Assembly (NCBI GenBank): GCA_976226885.1
Contig: OZ320313.1
Coordinates: forward strand, 64,914,001-64,978,000
Reading direction: 5' to 3'
From: Iphione sp. A-MEVVRFRX5
Lineage: Eukaryota
DNA length: 64,000 bases
Shown: positions 47,477 to 60,622 of the stretch, piece by piece
Position numbering within the stretch: position 1 is the stretch's first letter
How the letters are laid out: each line of letters opens with the position of its first letter
Program-made: the position numbers and the translations under genes
Notes under the pieces: model-generated
Databases searched by the model: none
What the model saw: the letters and a program-made list of their open reading frames with translations, nothing else
Told to the model about the DNA's origin: nothing

Positions 47477-50404
47477 GTGAGTTTGTATGCCCCATTTCGT
47501 GCTTGCATGCCCCACGTGGTCTTCACATCTGGCATTATTTATCTACCAACATATATATATATGCTGTAATGGTCAACTGGTGGAGTAACCGTATGTCCAA
47601 AATAAAAAGAAAAGTGATTTACTATTGGGTTACGTATTGTATAGTTAGCATCTAGGTGCAAAGAGCAGCCAAAAGGCATTCCTTCCTTGCAAGGAGGCTG
47701 CAGCTGTCCATAGGCCGGATCCTAGGTGTATGTTCTCATGATGGAAGCTGTATGTGTTAGCTTAATGGTTCACTGGCGCCGACGGAGAAGTTGACCTAAC
47801 TTAGGCTTCCGTATTCAACTGAAAGATCAACCAGTGGTGTATACTCGCGCCATGGTTCTTGAGTGACTGGTTAAATGTCAAAAGCATATTTGTTTGACGT
47901 TATTGGACGACATGCACATGTTCCGTCCCCGTCTATTTAACAATATAAGAATATCGGTATTATATAGACAAAGGATAAACAGAGTTAAACAGAGGGGGGG
48001 GGGGCATATGCCATTCATGATGCATTACGTTACATTCAAATACAGTACATACATACACCTACAGGTGAATACAGGAAAACGAAGACGGTCATACTCAGAG
48101 AGTGTAGTAGCTACCGTATTCTGATCTGATTTATTTTAGTGTTAGCACAGGCTATAGGAGTACTGTTAAGCAAAAACAAATGTAGATGTACACGGCATAC
48201 GGATGCAAGTACGGGACACGAGGCGCACGCGTCATGTCCTTAGATCTCTGGGTCAGAAGCAGGTAGGTGTGTTTGACCTACATGTTCAGACTGTTAAGTG
48301 TCTGGTTGGGGCCGTGTTTATAATGAATTATTCTGTATATGTAACAGTATATAATTATACGTGAACAAATTTAATCAAACGATATACCGAACTCGCAGCC
48401 AGTTACCCTGTTGCCGACCACTTGTCTTTCCTCAAATTATTGGGGTTCAAACACGATGTCTTTAGGGCTGAAAGTACATTGTACATGTATATGTATACAT
48501 GTGTTTTCACCATTATATTGGTTCATCCTTCAAACATCGATGCTTAACTATACATTTATCGACGGACCTCACATACCTCTGAAAAAATTGTTACCTATGG
48601 ATGCATATCACATGATATGAATTTGACATCCCGTCCATAGTCTACACGCAGCCATATATGTACCTCGAACAACAGAAGAGGCTAAATTGAACCCGTTAAT
48701 GGTTCACCAAGACAACATATGATTTGGTGTAAAGATATTTGGGATACATTGTGTTTTATTAGACTACAAGTACTTTTGTTCCCCCACCTTTGCGGGAACC
48801 TAGGAATGCTGCTGCCTGGTCCTCTGACAATCCAGCAGGAAATTGTGGGTCTATTAACTTTTGAATTATAGGTGTATTATTATTAAATTTACGCTCGTTC
48901 AGTTTGTGGTCTTATTGTGGTAAAATATAGGCTGAATTTAAGATAAAACAAGCTGATTTACGGGGAAAAAAGCAGTGTACCTTCTGTCGTTGAATTGGCA
49001 ATCAAGGTCCTGTCAATCATTCATAGTCAAAGGTCAGTCATTCTTTAACTTTGGTTGGGAACAATAGACTTCCGGAGTCTCCTTGTTTATCTTTTCATGC
49101 CCTTTTTGTTTAGGCTTGGAAAATTACATTGCCTATCCGACGTGCACCTGCTTTCAAAGGTGTAGGTGGTACGCATTTACATGCTCGCCGTATACAGGTA
49201 GTGTTTGCCTGACCTTTGGCTGTTTGCGGGTGACAGGCTGTCGAGATAGGAAAAACGGTGTTTATGGAAATAATTCAGAGTCAGTACTTATGTTCAAATT
49301 TCTTTTACACTAGCTCCATTTGTGCTGCGCGTCATACGAAACGTTTTAAATGTATGCTTGACCCTTGTCCTCTGAAACAGATAAAGTGAAGCTAGTTTTT
49401 AAATACACAACATGGAAATAAATTTAACCCACATCGGGGGAACTGAATGTTCAATTCGGCTGTCGTACAGCAGGGAGGGCGTTCCTGGAAGAGAACGCAG
49501 AACAACATAAGTGATGTATTGATCTGGGGAGGTATACTTTTATCACACCGTCTTCTTCATAGCACAAACGTCAGTTTATGCATGCTCAAGACGCATGTAG
49601 TTCCGCTCAATGATTTTCCCGATGAAAAAAAACTAAGAATTGCATTCTTGGTGCAGGTTACGACCAGGAAAATGGCAGAGCACTTTAAAAATGAACTCAC
49701 GTATGTGCACCTACATTAATGTCAGTGTTCTCATGTATATGCCCTCTCGTGGTGCTTAACGTCTTGCTACAGCTTATAATATCTTGGTAGTCTTCAATTA
49801 CGGCCACTCGCCCTGACTGTCGAGCCAGAAAAATACAACGAATGTGGCACTCTTTGCTTTTGCTTGGTTCCAATGCGCCCCTCCCATTCTAACCCATACC
49901 CCCTATCCACTTACCAAGCTCACCCTTCCACTGAGGGGTCTCATTACTTGTGGAAAGCCCTCAATAAGGGGCGGCTGTACCAGTCGTATTGGCTGCTGAG
50001 TACGCAGGGCTTTCGTGTAAACGCGCATTAAATCAGCCAATCACAGTTGCCATTGTCAATGAGTGCAGGCTGATTCATTTGCCGCGGGATCGTGTTGAAG
50101 GTCACCTTGTGACGGTCGCCAATTTTCCCCTCGTTTCGTACTTCTTAAGTTCATGTCCAATTACGTGAAAAAGGAATGGCTGCAACGTTATGTGACTGAC
50201 TTTTAACAGTGCGCAGGATGGAAACGACGTGTGTCTATACCAACACACCCTGAATAGTCTTCTGTTATGTTAGGATCTTTAAGACCGCATCCTGGACAAA
50301 TTTTCCGACTCTCTGTTTATATGCAAGTTTAAGTCCCAGTCACATCTTTACAAAGATGATTATTTGTTCTAAACGCCTTACATAGGTGTTCGACTAGGTC
50401 TACC

Positions 50405-50646
50405 AAGGTCCGTAGCCAAGGGGGTATCAGGGGTAACATGTAATACCCCCCTCCCCCAATATACACAAACACGCACACACAAAGGCCCATAAGTCCCCTA
50501 AAAAGGCCCTAAAGGCCCTTTAAACCACTAGAAAATCCAGGAGTTCCACCTCTCTAATTTCAGATACCCCATTTCCACCTCTCTAATTTCAGATACCCCC
50601 CCCCCCAAAAAAAAAAAAAAAAAAAAAATTCCTGCCTACAGGCCTG
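50405..50646. mobile_element. Degenerate MITE (hAT-like CAGGCCCGTAGCCAGG-type ends)
   Basis: Left AAGGTCCGTAGCCAAG versus right-end reverse complement CAGGCCTGTAGGCAGG (11/16). Flanked by the direct repeat CTACC. Internal 29-bp duplication (TTCCACCTCTCTAATTTCAGATACCCC at 50544 and 50573) and a C/A homopolymer. Confidence 0.5.
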
Positions 50647-51334
50647 CTACCAGAAACCAATGCACCCTGTGCAGCCAATGGGAATGACTAGCTTTCTCTT
50701 CCATGCTCTCTATGTTTGTGTTGTTTCCCTGTTCTTGTCTGTCTGTCTGTCTGTATTTTCCTTGGAAGAATCCAAATGTAAGACTTTGAGAGATGAATAA
50801 ACACGTTGACTTTGACTCGCGGGACCGCGATCACACGTACGGCTTCGTATCACCTTTCGTTGTCTCTGTCTCTCTGCCCCTCTTTCCCCGTCTCCCACCA
50901 TATGAATTTGTTATATTTCAGTAATTTGTCAAACAACATAATTTCAGTATTAAATGCTGGTTTTCAGTTTGCGGCTGGTGACTTCGTGTATGTTACCACC
51001 TAACAAAATAATAATGTTTGCTCAATCCTTCTTTCCTCCCTTTCTCCCTGTCTCTCCGTTTGTCTGTTTGTCTTTCACTCGTTCTCTCTTCCTTCCTCTC
51101 TTGTCAGCCGTATGTATGTCCATTGTATTGATACATTAGCCAGACTCCCCATTATACATGAATACACATACGCGTTCATCTCCTTGTAGAAGATGGTAAA
51201 TTGGCCTGCACAGTTAATGTTAATGGAAAATTTCATACTTGATGAGAGGAGGCATTGAGTTCATTAGTACTTGCACCAGGTGAATAACCTACGGTGGACT
51301 TTGTCGTGACAAAGCATAATCAATTTCACTAAAC

Positions 51335-51456
51335 CTCGTCATGACCGCGAGATTCGAGACGACCAGACGCCATATTGTCGTCTGCCTGTTCTCTTACCGC
51401 TTAGGGCAGTTCGTTTATATAACCAAACCCTCTTGGCCCGCCTGAAAAATACTTGC
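51335..51456 (-). promoter_or_regulatory. Candidate antisense TATA promoter and 13-codon first exon (MASGRLESRGHDE)
   Basis: On the - strand: GGGGGAGGGGC box, TATATAAA (51421-51414), aatATGGCG at 51373, donor GAG|GTTTAG at 51334. No downstream exon identified. Confidence 0.3.
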
Positions 51457-52169
51457 CCCTCCCCCAAGGAGCCGCCGGTAATCCTTTGGCAGTCGCGATT
51501 TTCCATAATCTTACTCCTTCTTTCTTGCCGACCTGTCCCACGGCAGGCCGACTTTTGCATTGCGTTTTCCTCTCTTCAAGCACAAAATACACCATGCTTA
51601 GTATACAGCGAAATAAAATCACATTGGACGGAATTCACCTTGGTTACATTTTAGTTAGAACTTAACGATAATGGTATTCATTTAGCTTTCAAGAACATAT
51701 ATCGCACTTGGGAATGCTGTCATAGAGAAGAAACGAATGCCTGACCTTTTAACCACCAACGTGGCCGGCTTATGATCTTGATCTGGGATATGATGTCACT
51801 GTTGAAAGCCTGTCGTGCATCTCCTCCACAAGTAACGCCATAGTCTCTTTTATTGGCCCAGAGCTACACTCCTCGATGTCTAGTCTCTCTCTCTCTCTTC
51901 ATGTACTCCTCATTGATAACGTGGTTTATCCCCGTCTCATACGATCCTTGTATTAAAGGTGATGGGGTAAATTGATTTTTAGTTGGATTCATTTAATCTA
52001 CGGTTATACCGTCCTCTGCTTGTTATATGCCAAGAAATAGTGTCCTCTCAAATACGTCATAACATTTTTCTCCAAAAAATTACTGTACGGAAATCGAAAA
52101 TGGAATATTCTTTCTCCATGTCACAGTAGACAAACGCTGTGATAGTATTGATCGTATACCTTGAACTAA

Positions 52170-52586
52170 GGCCCAGTTTCCATACCTGTATTGCCATCCG
52201 TGTGCATTTGTGTGCATTTTTATTGATCTTCTTGACTAGAGTGTGTTCCATATGTGCATGTTTGCGCTGGGTGCCCATTGTTCATTATGGAACACCTTTT
52301 TCAGTGAAGTTCAGTTGTTTTCACTTCTACTTTCACAAAATTCGCCAATTTTCATACTTTTTCCAGTAAAATTTACCAGTTATAACCACTATTTCCCATC
52401 AAATGTTGCCAGTTGTCATATCTTTCACAGTCAAATTCACTGGTTTCCCATCCAGTTTCCTGCCCGGTATGAGGCACCCCTGTGTGAGAGCCTGTATGTA
52501 CCTGTGGGGAAATTGTTGGGGAAATCCCCAGACCAGAAAGGCACATGCATGGGAACATATGCAAACGCAGCTATGGACACTTGGCC
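52170..52586. mobile_element. PIF/Harbinger-type MITE, 417 bp
   Basis: TIR GGCCCAGTTTCCATA versus right-end reverse complement GGCCAAGTGTCCATA. TAA target duplication at 52167-52169 and 52587-52589. Confidence 0.75.
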
Positions 52587-53179
52587 TAAAGTATTTCTCC
52601 AAGTGTTTCAATAGAAGTCTTGCCAAGTTGACAATTCCCCAACAGTACCACCGGGACACGCATACTGCACATCAGTTTTACTTGACGTACATTCTCTTCA
52701 GCATAAATACAGCTTGGTTTGTAACTATCTTACAATGCTGATGCAGACTCATTCCGTTCTCCTCGCCACAAATTTGCGCTTGAATGATGAGAAATCAGAA
52801 ACAAAACTCCACAAAATCTATATTTTGAGAACCCAGCATATTTCGCCAGCTTATGATAGAATGAGATATCAGAATCAGTTGTAATCCATTTTTTAATACC
52901 ACACACTTCTAGAATGAGCGTTGCATGAAATCCTTCGCTCACACCAGAACAAAATGTTTATGCCGCAGACGTATATAACGGTAAGGCAAGAATCTACGCG
53001 AAATTGTCATCAAAATAATAGTGATGGGAACACGTTCGAGTGGTTTGATTGAAGCCGATAGAATCGAAGCAGGATTGCGATTCATATGAAGTCTTCCGAT
53101 AGTCTACGAATGTAACATCAGATGGCGCCTCTGTTTTCGGCAGTTTTGATCACAGTTACTGTTTCCTCTACTGGCGCAT

Positions 53180-53790
53180 TTTTGTACTGTCTCGAGGTTC
53201 CTATTTGTCTGTCTTTCTCTCTGTCTATGCTGTGTTGCTCTCCTCTCCAACTTCCCCTGTCTCCTCCCCCTTCTGGCTTTATCCGCGCAAGTCTTGTTTC
53301 GCTCTCTCCATATACGTGTATATGTTTCACCCCGCCCCTCTGTTTCGGTCTCTGTCTCACGTATATGCACACTGCAATATGCCTTAATTTCTGTAAGTCT
53401 AGCTTATCTTTGGCTTTCTTTCTCTGTATCTCCTTATGTATGCACATGTCTCTGTATGTGCCTCTGTCCAAGTTTCATTCTCCTTTTGCCTTGCCCTCTC
53501 TTGTTTGTGTTTCAGTGTATTCTTCTCATCACTGTCTGGTTTCCTGATCAGTTGTTCGTCTCCTTGTTTCTTGTGAATATGTGTCTGATCCATTGTTCTT
53601 CTCCATGTTTCTTGTGAATACGTGTGCCTTTGTACATTTCTTGCAGTATCTGTCCTTCTGTCTGTTAGTTTACGTTTCTGTCCGCTTGTGTTTTTGTCTC
53701 CTTGGCTACGTCTGTCCGTCCCTCTCCCTGTCTTCCCTTCCTGGTCCCCCTCCCCCCCAACTGCAAAGCAAATCCTCACTCTCCCCACCT
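53180..53790. repeat. Long CT/CTGT-rich low-complexity tract
   Basis: Strongly pyrimidine-biased + strand built from degenerate TCTG/TCTC units; explains several spurious ORFs. Confidence 0.7.
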
Positions 53791-56700
53791 CCGTCTAATA
53801 CAAGTGTTCTGAAGGCGAGGCTTCTTTTATTTGCAGAGGAATCAATTCAACTAACACTAACGCTTTGGCAAATCAAAGTACCGGTTTTAGCCACGAGCAG
53901 CTTTGGTACGCTGCCACATCATTGCAGGTAACGAGTAGCTCACTCGCGATAAGGTTTCCTGGCTATTAGTCGAGACATTAATAAACAAGCACACTGGGAA
54001 GCTGTCGCCAACATACGTAGTCCTATATGGTACCGCCATTGGGATGTTATGGGTTGGATCACGCTATCGCCAGTGTACGCGCAGAACCCCTTGGTCATGT
54101 ACTTGCTAGTCAGAAGCAGTTCTTATTTGGGGTCACTAAATCCATATATAAGAAGGCAGAACACTTAAATGAATGTGAAATACTTGACCCATCGGAATCA
54201 TCGTTGAATATTGCTTTTATACGAACATGCTAAAGCAGTCAACTTAGGGTGGTAAAACGCAGACATCCCGTCATTGTCGAACTAATCAGTAAGGAAAACA
54301 GCAGACTGTGGATGTATTACGAAACTAGCCCACAAAGTCTCCATGTGCATCAGATTCTGCCTCTGGATGAGGTGGGTCCTTCGCAATGCAGACTTACGTA
54401 AGCACACAGGTTCAGATGTAATCAGCTTAGTATAGTGTCCATCAGAATGTAGGATTGAGGCAAGTGTATTAAACTGGACGGGAGGTAACCATTAGATTTT
54501 ATATTTTGTATTTTTAGGATTCATATGTCATGCGTAAATCTGCAGATATTGGCCGTCTTGTGCAATAATACAATCCAATAAGATACGGATGGAGCTTACT
54601 TGATCGTTCGCAAACGATAGAGCCTGGTCTAATATTTAATGGTTGTGTTGAAAATATTAAGGTACGTACCGGCACCCTCGTAGTGAATTGTCATACTGCC
54701 ATGCCCAGTCTCCCTGCAGCCGATTAACAGAAATTCACACGCGCTTGTGTACGTCAACGGATGAGAGTAGTACATAAAACTGGTTATTTTCCGCAGGCTT
54801 CCATACCAATGCTCCTCACTGAGAGAAAAAGAGAACTGAATTTATTCACATATTTCGTATAAATGCTCGGGTCCATATGACCCTTTGTCCTGTTATTGGA
54901 GGTTACCGATGTCTCCTAGATATATTCATTAATTAAAAAACAGTGCCCATAAAGTTTTACAAATAGAACAGACTTCTCACTCCCTCTTTCATAAGACGTT
55001 GACAACTCTTTGTGACCTTTCAATTTACGGAAAAGATGCGTGACAAGATGCATTGGATGTCATCTGACTCACAGTCGTACTGAGGAACTCCTGCTAGGGC
55101 TCTAATCTGAACCTACCTTACCTGTTACTCTAGTGCCAGACACCAGCCGGTGACTCATCATGTACTTCATCGCACCGGCCTGTTTCACCTCAGCCCCGGC
55201 GTAAGGCCTTGCTTCTAAGCTTCACCAATGTCTCTCTTATTGCCATTCACTTGATCAACACGCCCCACCTTCATAACCAAATTGCTCTGTTGAGATCAAC
55301 CCTTGCTTATTGCTCTTTACAATAAAATAAAGCTTTAGTTTACATTTTCCCGCCAGACTTTGGACTTCCCGCACCATTACTGCTTGATGATGGTTTTCTT
55401 GTCTGCATTGCAGTTACTCTAAAGTTATGTAACATCTATTTGCTCACTGCTTTAAGCTTTGACTTTCTAATAAAATGAATTTTACCTGGAACAAAGAAGA
55501 CGCCTCATTTCATCGACGTCTGTATAACAACGCTTTACTCTTAACGGCCTGTCGACTGTTCCAACGAGGTTTTGACATTGATTTACTCGACTTCATGGGG
55601 AATATCAGATGGAGGTCCATCGTACGTAAGCAGGGGACTAGCGTCTTTCTATGTGATTATAGCATGGCCATAAACCTGTCATTTTGTATTCAAGCCTTGT
55701 GTCCGTTTTGTCTGCCTAGATGGGGTGTGCGAGACTGCATGGTATTAACGTGAAAGCCACGTGATTGTTCCTTAATTTAGCTGTAAAAGCTGGTCCCATG
55801 GGTTGTTTGTAGACATGCTATTGTTGTGTTTATGGTGAAGGGGATATGGTATTAAAGTGTGGCAGAGCGACGCAGTAAACCGCCCGTTTTTCCGCCGTCG
55901 TCCCATAATTCCGGCATTTGCTATGCTCCATTGCCAGCACCACTACCTATCCACAGCACCCAGGAGAGCGTGTCAGCATTCTTTCATCATCACTTTCTAC
56001 TTTCAACCGTCCCATCAGCTTCCACCTACCAGGAGACGGCGTGGAGAATGACCATCACGATCGGCATAGCGCCGCATTTCTATCCACCGCTGAGGCTTCC
56101 ATCCGGTGAGGAGCCGCCACAAGCTACTAATTTTCATTGCACACCAGCGCAAAAAAGCAGATGTTTGGACAAATGGAACATGCAGCAGAAGTGTGAAATA
56201 CGCAATCAGACCCCAACAGATAGATCATTGGCAAATATGGTGTCCAAATGTGCAAAAACATCACTGGCAGTGCTGATGTATGTCACCTGTAACTTGCAAC
56301 GTTCAGAATTTTATTTCCTCCAGGCGAACGCCTCCATCGCGTATATTCAACCATATACAGCAGATATGAGTAATGTATTTCAAACTTCGCGTTATGGTTT
56401 ATGTAATATATACATGTACATGTATATATGTACATACAGTGTACATGTAGCTACATACGTATATAAATAAATATGACAATATACAGATGTATCAAAGAAC
56501 TGCACGGCTGTAGTAGCTGAGCATGGAAAAGTTGATAATATGATGCTAGATAGTTCTGCACTCATTGGTCTTATTTTTAAAACGGCTGTGATTAGCTCAA
56601 CATCGTTTGGAATTACACCCTTTAGTTTGATGCTAAACAGACGTTTCGTGCTGTGTAAGTTGAAATGTGTCTACGGAGGGAGCAGAAGTTTTGAAATATT

Positions 56701-57109
56701 TGTTCTTGTGAGGACGGTGAACGTATCTTGAAAATGAAGTCTGTGATGCGGACTTGGGCGAGCCGCCAATATGAGAAAAATAGATGGTACTCGTACAAGA
56801 AACCTGACCATTCAGCGCAAGTGAGTATCAGTTATCTAGTTTAGGTAGTAAATCTGATGGAATATCGGAGAGGAAAAGCAGACATGGGAGAAGAAAGATA
56901 TTTCTAACAGGATAACCTTATGAAGTACTTCAGGGATGAGAAGATCCGGGAATTGAGAAGCTGTAAATGTGATTCATAAGATAAACTTGGTAATGATGAA
57001 GGGAGATTGTTGGGTTTCATCGACCCCCTATCAATCGTGGCTGACCTTAGTGCAGAACAAGGACCACCTCTTGAATTTGGACAAATTTTGCCGCAGCCAA
57101 GCCTTTTAT

Positions 57110-57196
57110 TTATAGTGTATCTCTTAGAAATGGGGGTATATCCTGGGGGACACTCACTGGGAACCAAGGGTGTCCCCTAAGAAAGGTTTTACTGTA
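57110..57196. mobile_element. Probable right end of a Tc1/pogo-type MITE
   Basis: Ends GGTGTCCCCTAAGAAAGGTTTTACTG|TA, similar in style to the 47074 terminus; no matching left end found. Confidence 0.3.
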
Positions 57197-60100
57197 TGCA
57201 ATATGTGGGCGGGGAATGTATAATGGCTCTATTGTTCCAACACAGTAATAATCCAACACCGCGACAAATAGGTATATTAGTATATTAAAAGTATCACCTT
57301 GCCTCCAAGCAAATAGGACTGTGACCTATTACTACATGCTGGCAATTGACCCTTCGCCTAATTACGTCTTTATGACGCAAAATAAAGCACAACAATCATT
57401 AGATAAACTGATCCAATAGCAGAGACTACTATCTCTTTTACCGTCTAACACCTATCGTTTTTCCATTACAAGTCAAAATGGGGAATTATTGTGCTCGGGT
57501 ATCTAATGCTATTACATGTATATTATGACAGTTAACTCGTATTGAACATATGATTCGCGGTCTGCTTAGTATTGCAATTCGTTGTAATTTCGGATATTGT
57601 ATGCATTTGTTTGGAATTCCAATGGTGAAATTGTGCATGAATAGATATAGCCAATTTATTAAATTAACAACTCACAAACGTTACAGCCATGAACATGTTC
57701 CACAGTACAGTGTATTTCACAGCATCGCTGCGAGAATGGCTTCATTTCGTGCAAATATACTCCTTCAATAAATGTGCTACACACTTCGATAGCTTAGGGT
57801 AACTATACGAACTTGGCTACAAACGTCCACCATCGAGATGTTGTCAGTACAACCTGTAATCAGTTTCCAACTGTCTAAAACTGTCTTCACTCAGCACCAA
57901 ATGCCGTCTCCACTAACCTTCTCCCCCCTCCCCTCAACTAGCTACCTGTACCGTTAAAATGCACTATTGTCAGCTTTAACCCATAAGCCTTCTGGACCCG
58001 TGTCTGTCCCTCTCCTCACCATCGTCATAACAACAGCCACCAGTCGATCCAGCCGCTGTCACCTGGTAGCACGCACCTCAACCTGTCAATCTCATAATAA
58101 GTAACAAGAAACGTCCACTTGTCAGTAAAAGAGCCCACGAAAGGCTAGAGCTGCCATAACACCAACTACAGCAACACTGCTGGTCCCTACCACCTTAAGC
58201 TGTCACCTCACCCACCACCACCACCATCTCCCACCTGTCACTTGCACCACCACCACCGCCACCGCCACTACCGCCACATCCACAACTGGGCGCCAGTATA
58301 CCCATCCCTGGGAAGTCAATACCAGCAGCACCAGGAGCAGAGGCAGGAGGAGCAGGACGCCACATAGCGACCCCTACCGCTGCCTGCTCCAGGGTGTCAG
58401 CGAATCAGTGACGCTCTGAGTGTGTAGGAGACGCCAGACACCTCTACTGTGGGGTAAGCAGGAGGCGTCTCCCGGTAGCTTTGAGTATACAGTTGGGAGT
58501 CAGACAACTCGTCTACCGATCGCCGCCCATACAAAGTGGATATAACACATTGGTCAGCATGAAGAAACGCCATGTGCACGCCGGAGACGGTTTGGGCTGG
58601 CCAAACTGGAGACATTATATCGCAATCTGGTAGGCGGGGCGGCCCCAAAGTACCCACACGGTCCCAAAGTAGCCAGGACATTGACTGGATGCCCTCTGTA
58701 GATCATGGAGCTCGCCCCCTTACGTGTTTGAAAGCAGGAGTTATGTACACTGGATAGGATACTTCCAGATTTATCTAGTGTGTTGCGCCACGGAAAAATA
58801 CTGAGCAAGGTCCGTTTCGTTTCTACGGCAATAACCATTGAAGAACCACGCCTAGGATCTCTCAGCAGTACAGGATGAGTAGGAATCAGAGCACACTTAC
58901 GAGCATGAGAATGTTACTTGAAGTTGCCACACGTCGGTGACAGGCTGATGTTGGTCCCGCACAAGAAGAGAACGAGTAATGGACTACCAGTGGGGCTGTC
59001 CCACATCAAAGAATGATGCCCATGTGACTAGGAGCTGTCCCTCAAGGCACCGCCTGTTGCTACGATGGTGTCAGTGACAAAAGATGGTTTAAGAGAGACT
59101 TTGGCATATTGATGTAATTTACAAACAGACAGCCGTTGTACAGTGCTGATAGTGAAGAATCACTTAACATCATGCATGTTGAAAGTACATGTACCTGTAC
59201 GGGAGTATTAGAAAATGTCGGATTCTTGACAACTCATTACACTGGAAAATTAAAATTTGGACAGAACCGAGTCCTGTTCCTTAATGTTAATACACTTCCG
59301 CTGCACGTATACTAGACAACCTGGCATCATTTTGACCACAAACACCAGTGTCCAATTTAGCGGGTTGTACAAAACAGGCATACTAGCGGAAAAGAGCGTC
59401 TGCTATGGGAACAAGTAATCGCATCATGATATGCATCACTTAGGACTCTGTCAACTTTGTCAGAGTTAATTAAGACGAATCCATCGGAGAACGCTCGGTG
59501 TTATTGCTTTGAATTATAACTGATATTAACACTATATTATTCAAGATAGTATCAAACGCCACACCATAGAGACTGGTGCATGTGGTCCTCTGGGATGGAT
59601 ACCTGCAGTGGTTTCCCTCCCACAACCAATGATTACGCCCATCCACTGTTACAAATGGAACATCGTAGCTTACACACTGGATGCATGGAAGATATCAGAC
59701 TTCGCTTCGCACTATTAATTTATTATTCCTTATGAGCACTCTGGATACCCTTATACAAGAACTGTATGCGGTTGACAATATTGACAAGCAACCATTTTAG
59801 TGAAAGTGGAAAAGAGAACTTTTTAAAAGGCTTTCACGTGCGAAGTCTCATTGCCAGGTGGTAAGCGATCGATCAAAAGACAAATCGCTGAGTCACAGCT
59901 GAAATTTTCTTTTAGCATAAGCTAAATTATTCTAATCCTGGTATTAGACAGACACTGGTCCTTTCTGAGACTAATGGACAAAAGAAAACGCTTAAAATAC
60001 TGGATCCCTTCGTGCCATGTTAAATGATCTCCTCAACGAGGCTGCTTGCATATATGATGCATTTGCTCGTCCGAAGCAGAAGGGATTTATTCCAGTAGTC

Positions 60101-60386
60101 GTATTCCTGCCTTAGAGTAATTCAAGTTAATGGTTCTAGTCGTCAGTCAATTGAACAATGCTCTTCGAATCCTAGTTTTCCATCCACCAAGGTCTTACAT
60201 CTTTCTAGTTACACCGGCACGTCCAGCACAACAGAAGTAGCTTTAGCACACCGGCTGAAATCAAATATTCAGTAGGTGAGAGCGAGTCTATCTAGCTAAG
60301 CCTGGGTGTACATTCTCCTAGTCAGGGGGGTTGGAGCTGTGGCTTCACACCCTGTTCCTCACACCTGCCCCGGTATTGACCTTTAA

Positions 60387-60622
60387 CCCTTTGGACCTAA
60401 GAAAGTAATCCCATCGCCTTCGCAGCATTATTTACCCTGAAAGATAAATATTGTCACATTCGGTGGAGGCAGTGCGGCATCGTGGCAGAATCTCGTGTGG
60501 CCCATTTGGCGTGCATTAAACCACTGGCAACCTCAATGTGCCTACATTAACCATCCCACCGCGGTATTTTAGCTCATGATATGGGTTGAAACTTATCCTT
60601 GTCAAGCACTGGGAGGAAAGGG
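60387..60622. mobile_element. piggyBac-type MITE, 236 bp
   Basis: TTAA|CCCTTT ... AAAGGG|TTAA: TTAA target duplication with short CCCTTT termini; deeper TIR identity is weak. Confidence 0.5.

Noticed and set aside
48008-48262. Further ATG-to-donor phase-0 frames (48008-48064 MPFMMHY...LQ; 48203-48262 MQVRD...QKQ)
   Set aside because: Weaker Kozak or donor context. They show that such mini-frames arise by chance, which tempers confidence in the 47447 candidate.
53805-53927. 123-nt phase-0 exon candidate ending CAG|GTAACG
   Set aside because: AAG acceptor with the branch point too close, no homology, and adjacent to low-complexity DNA.
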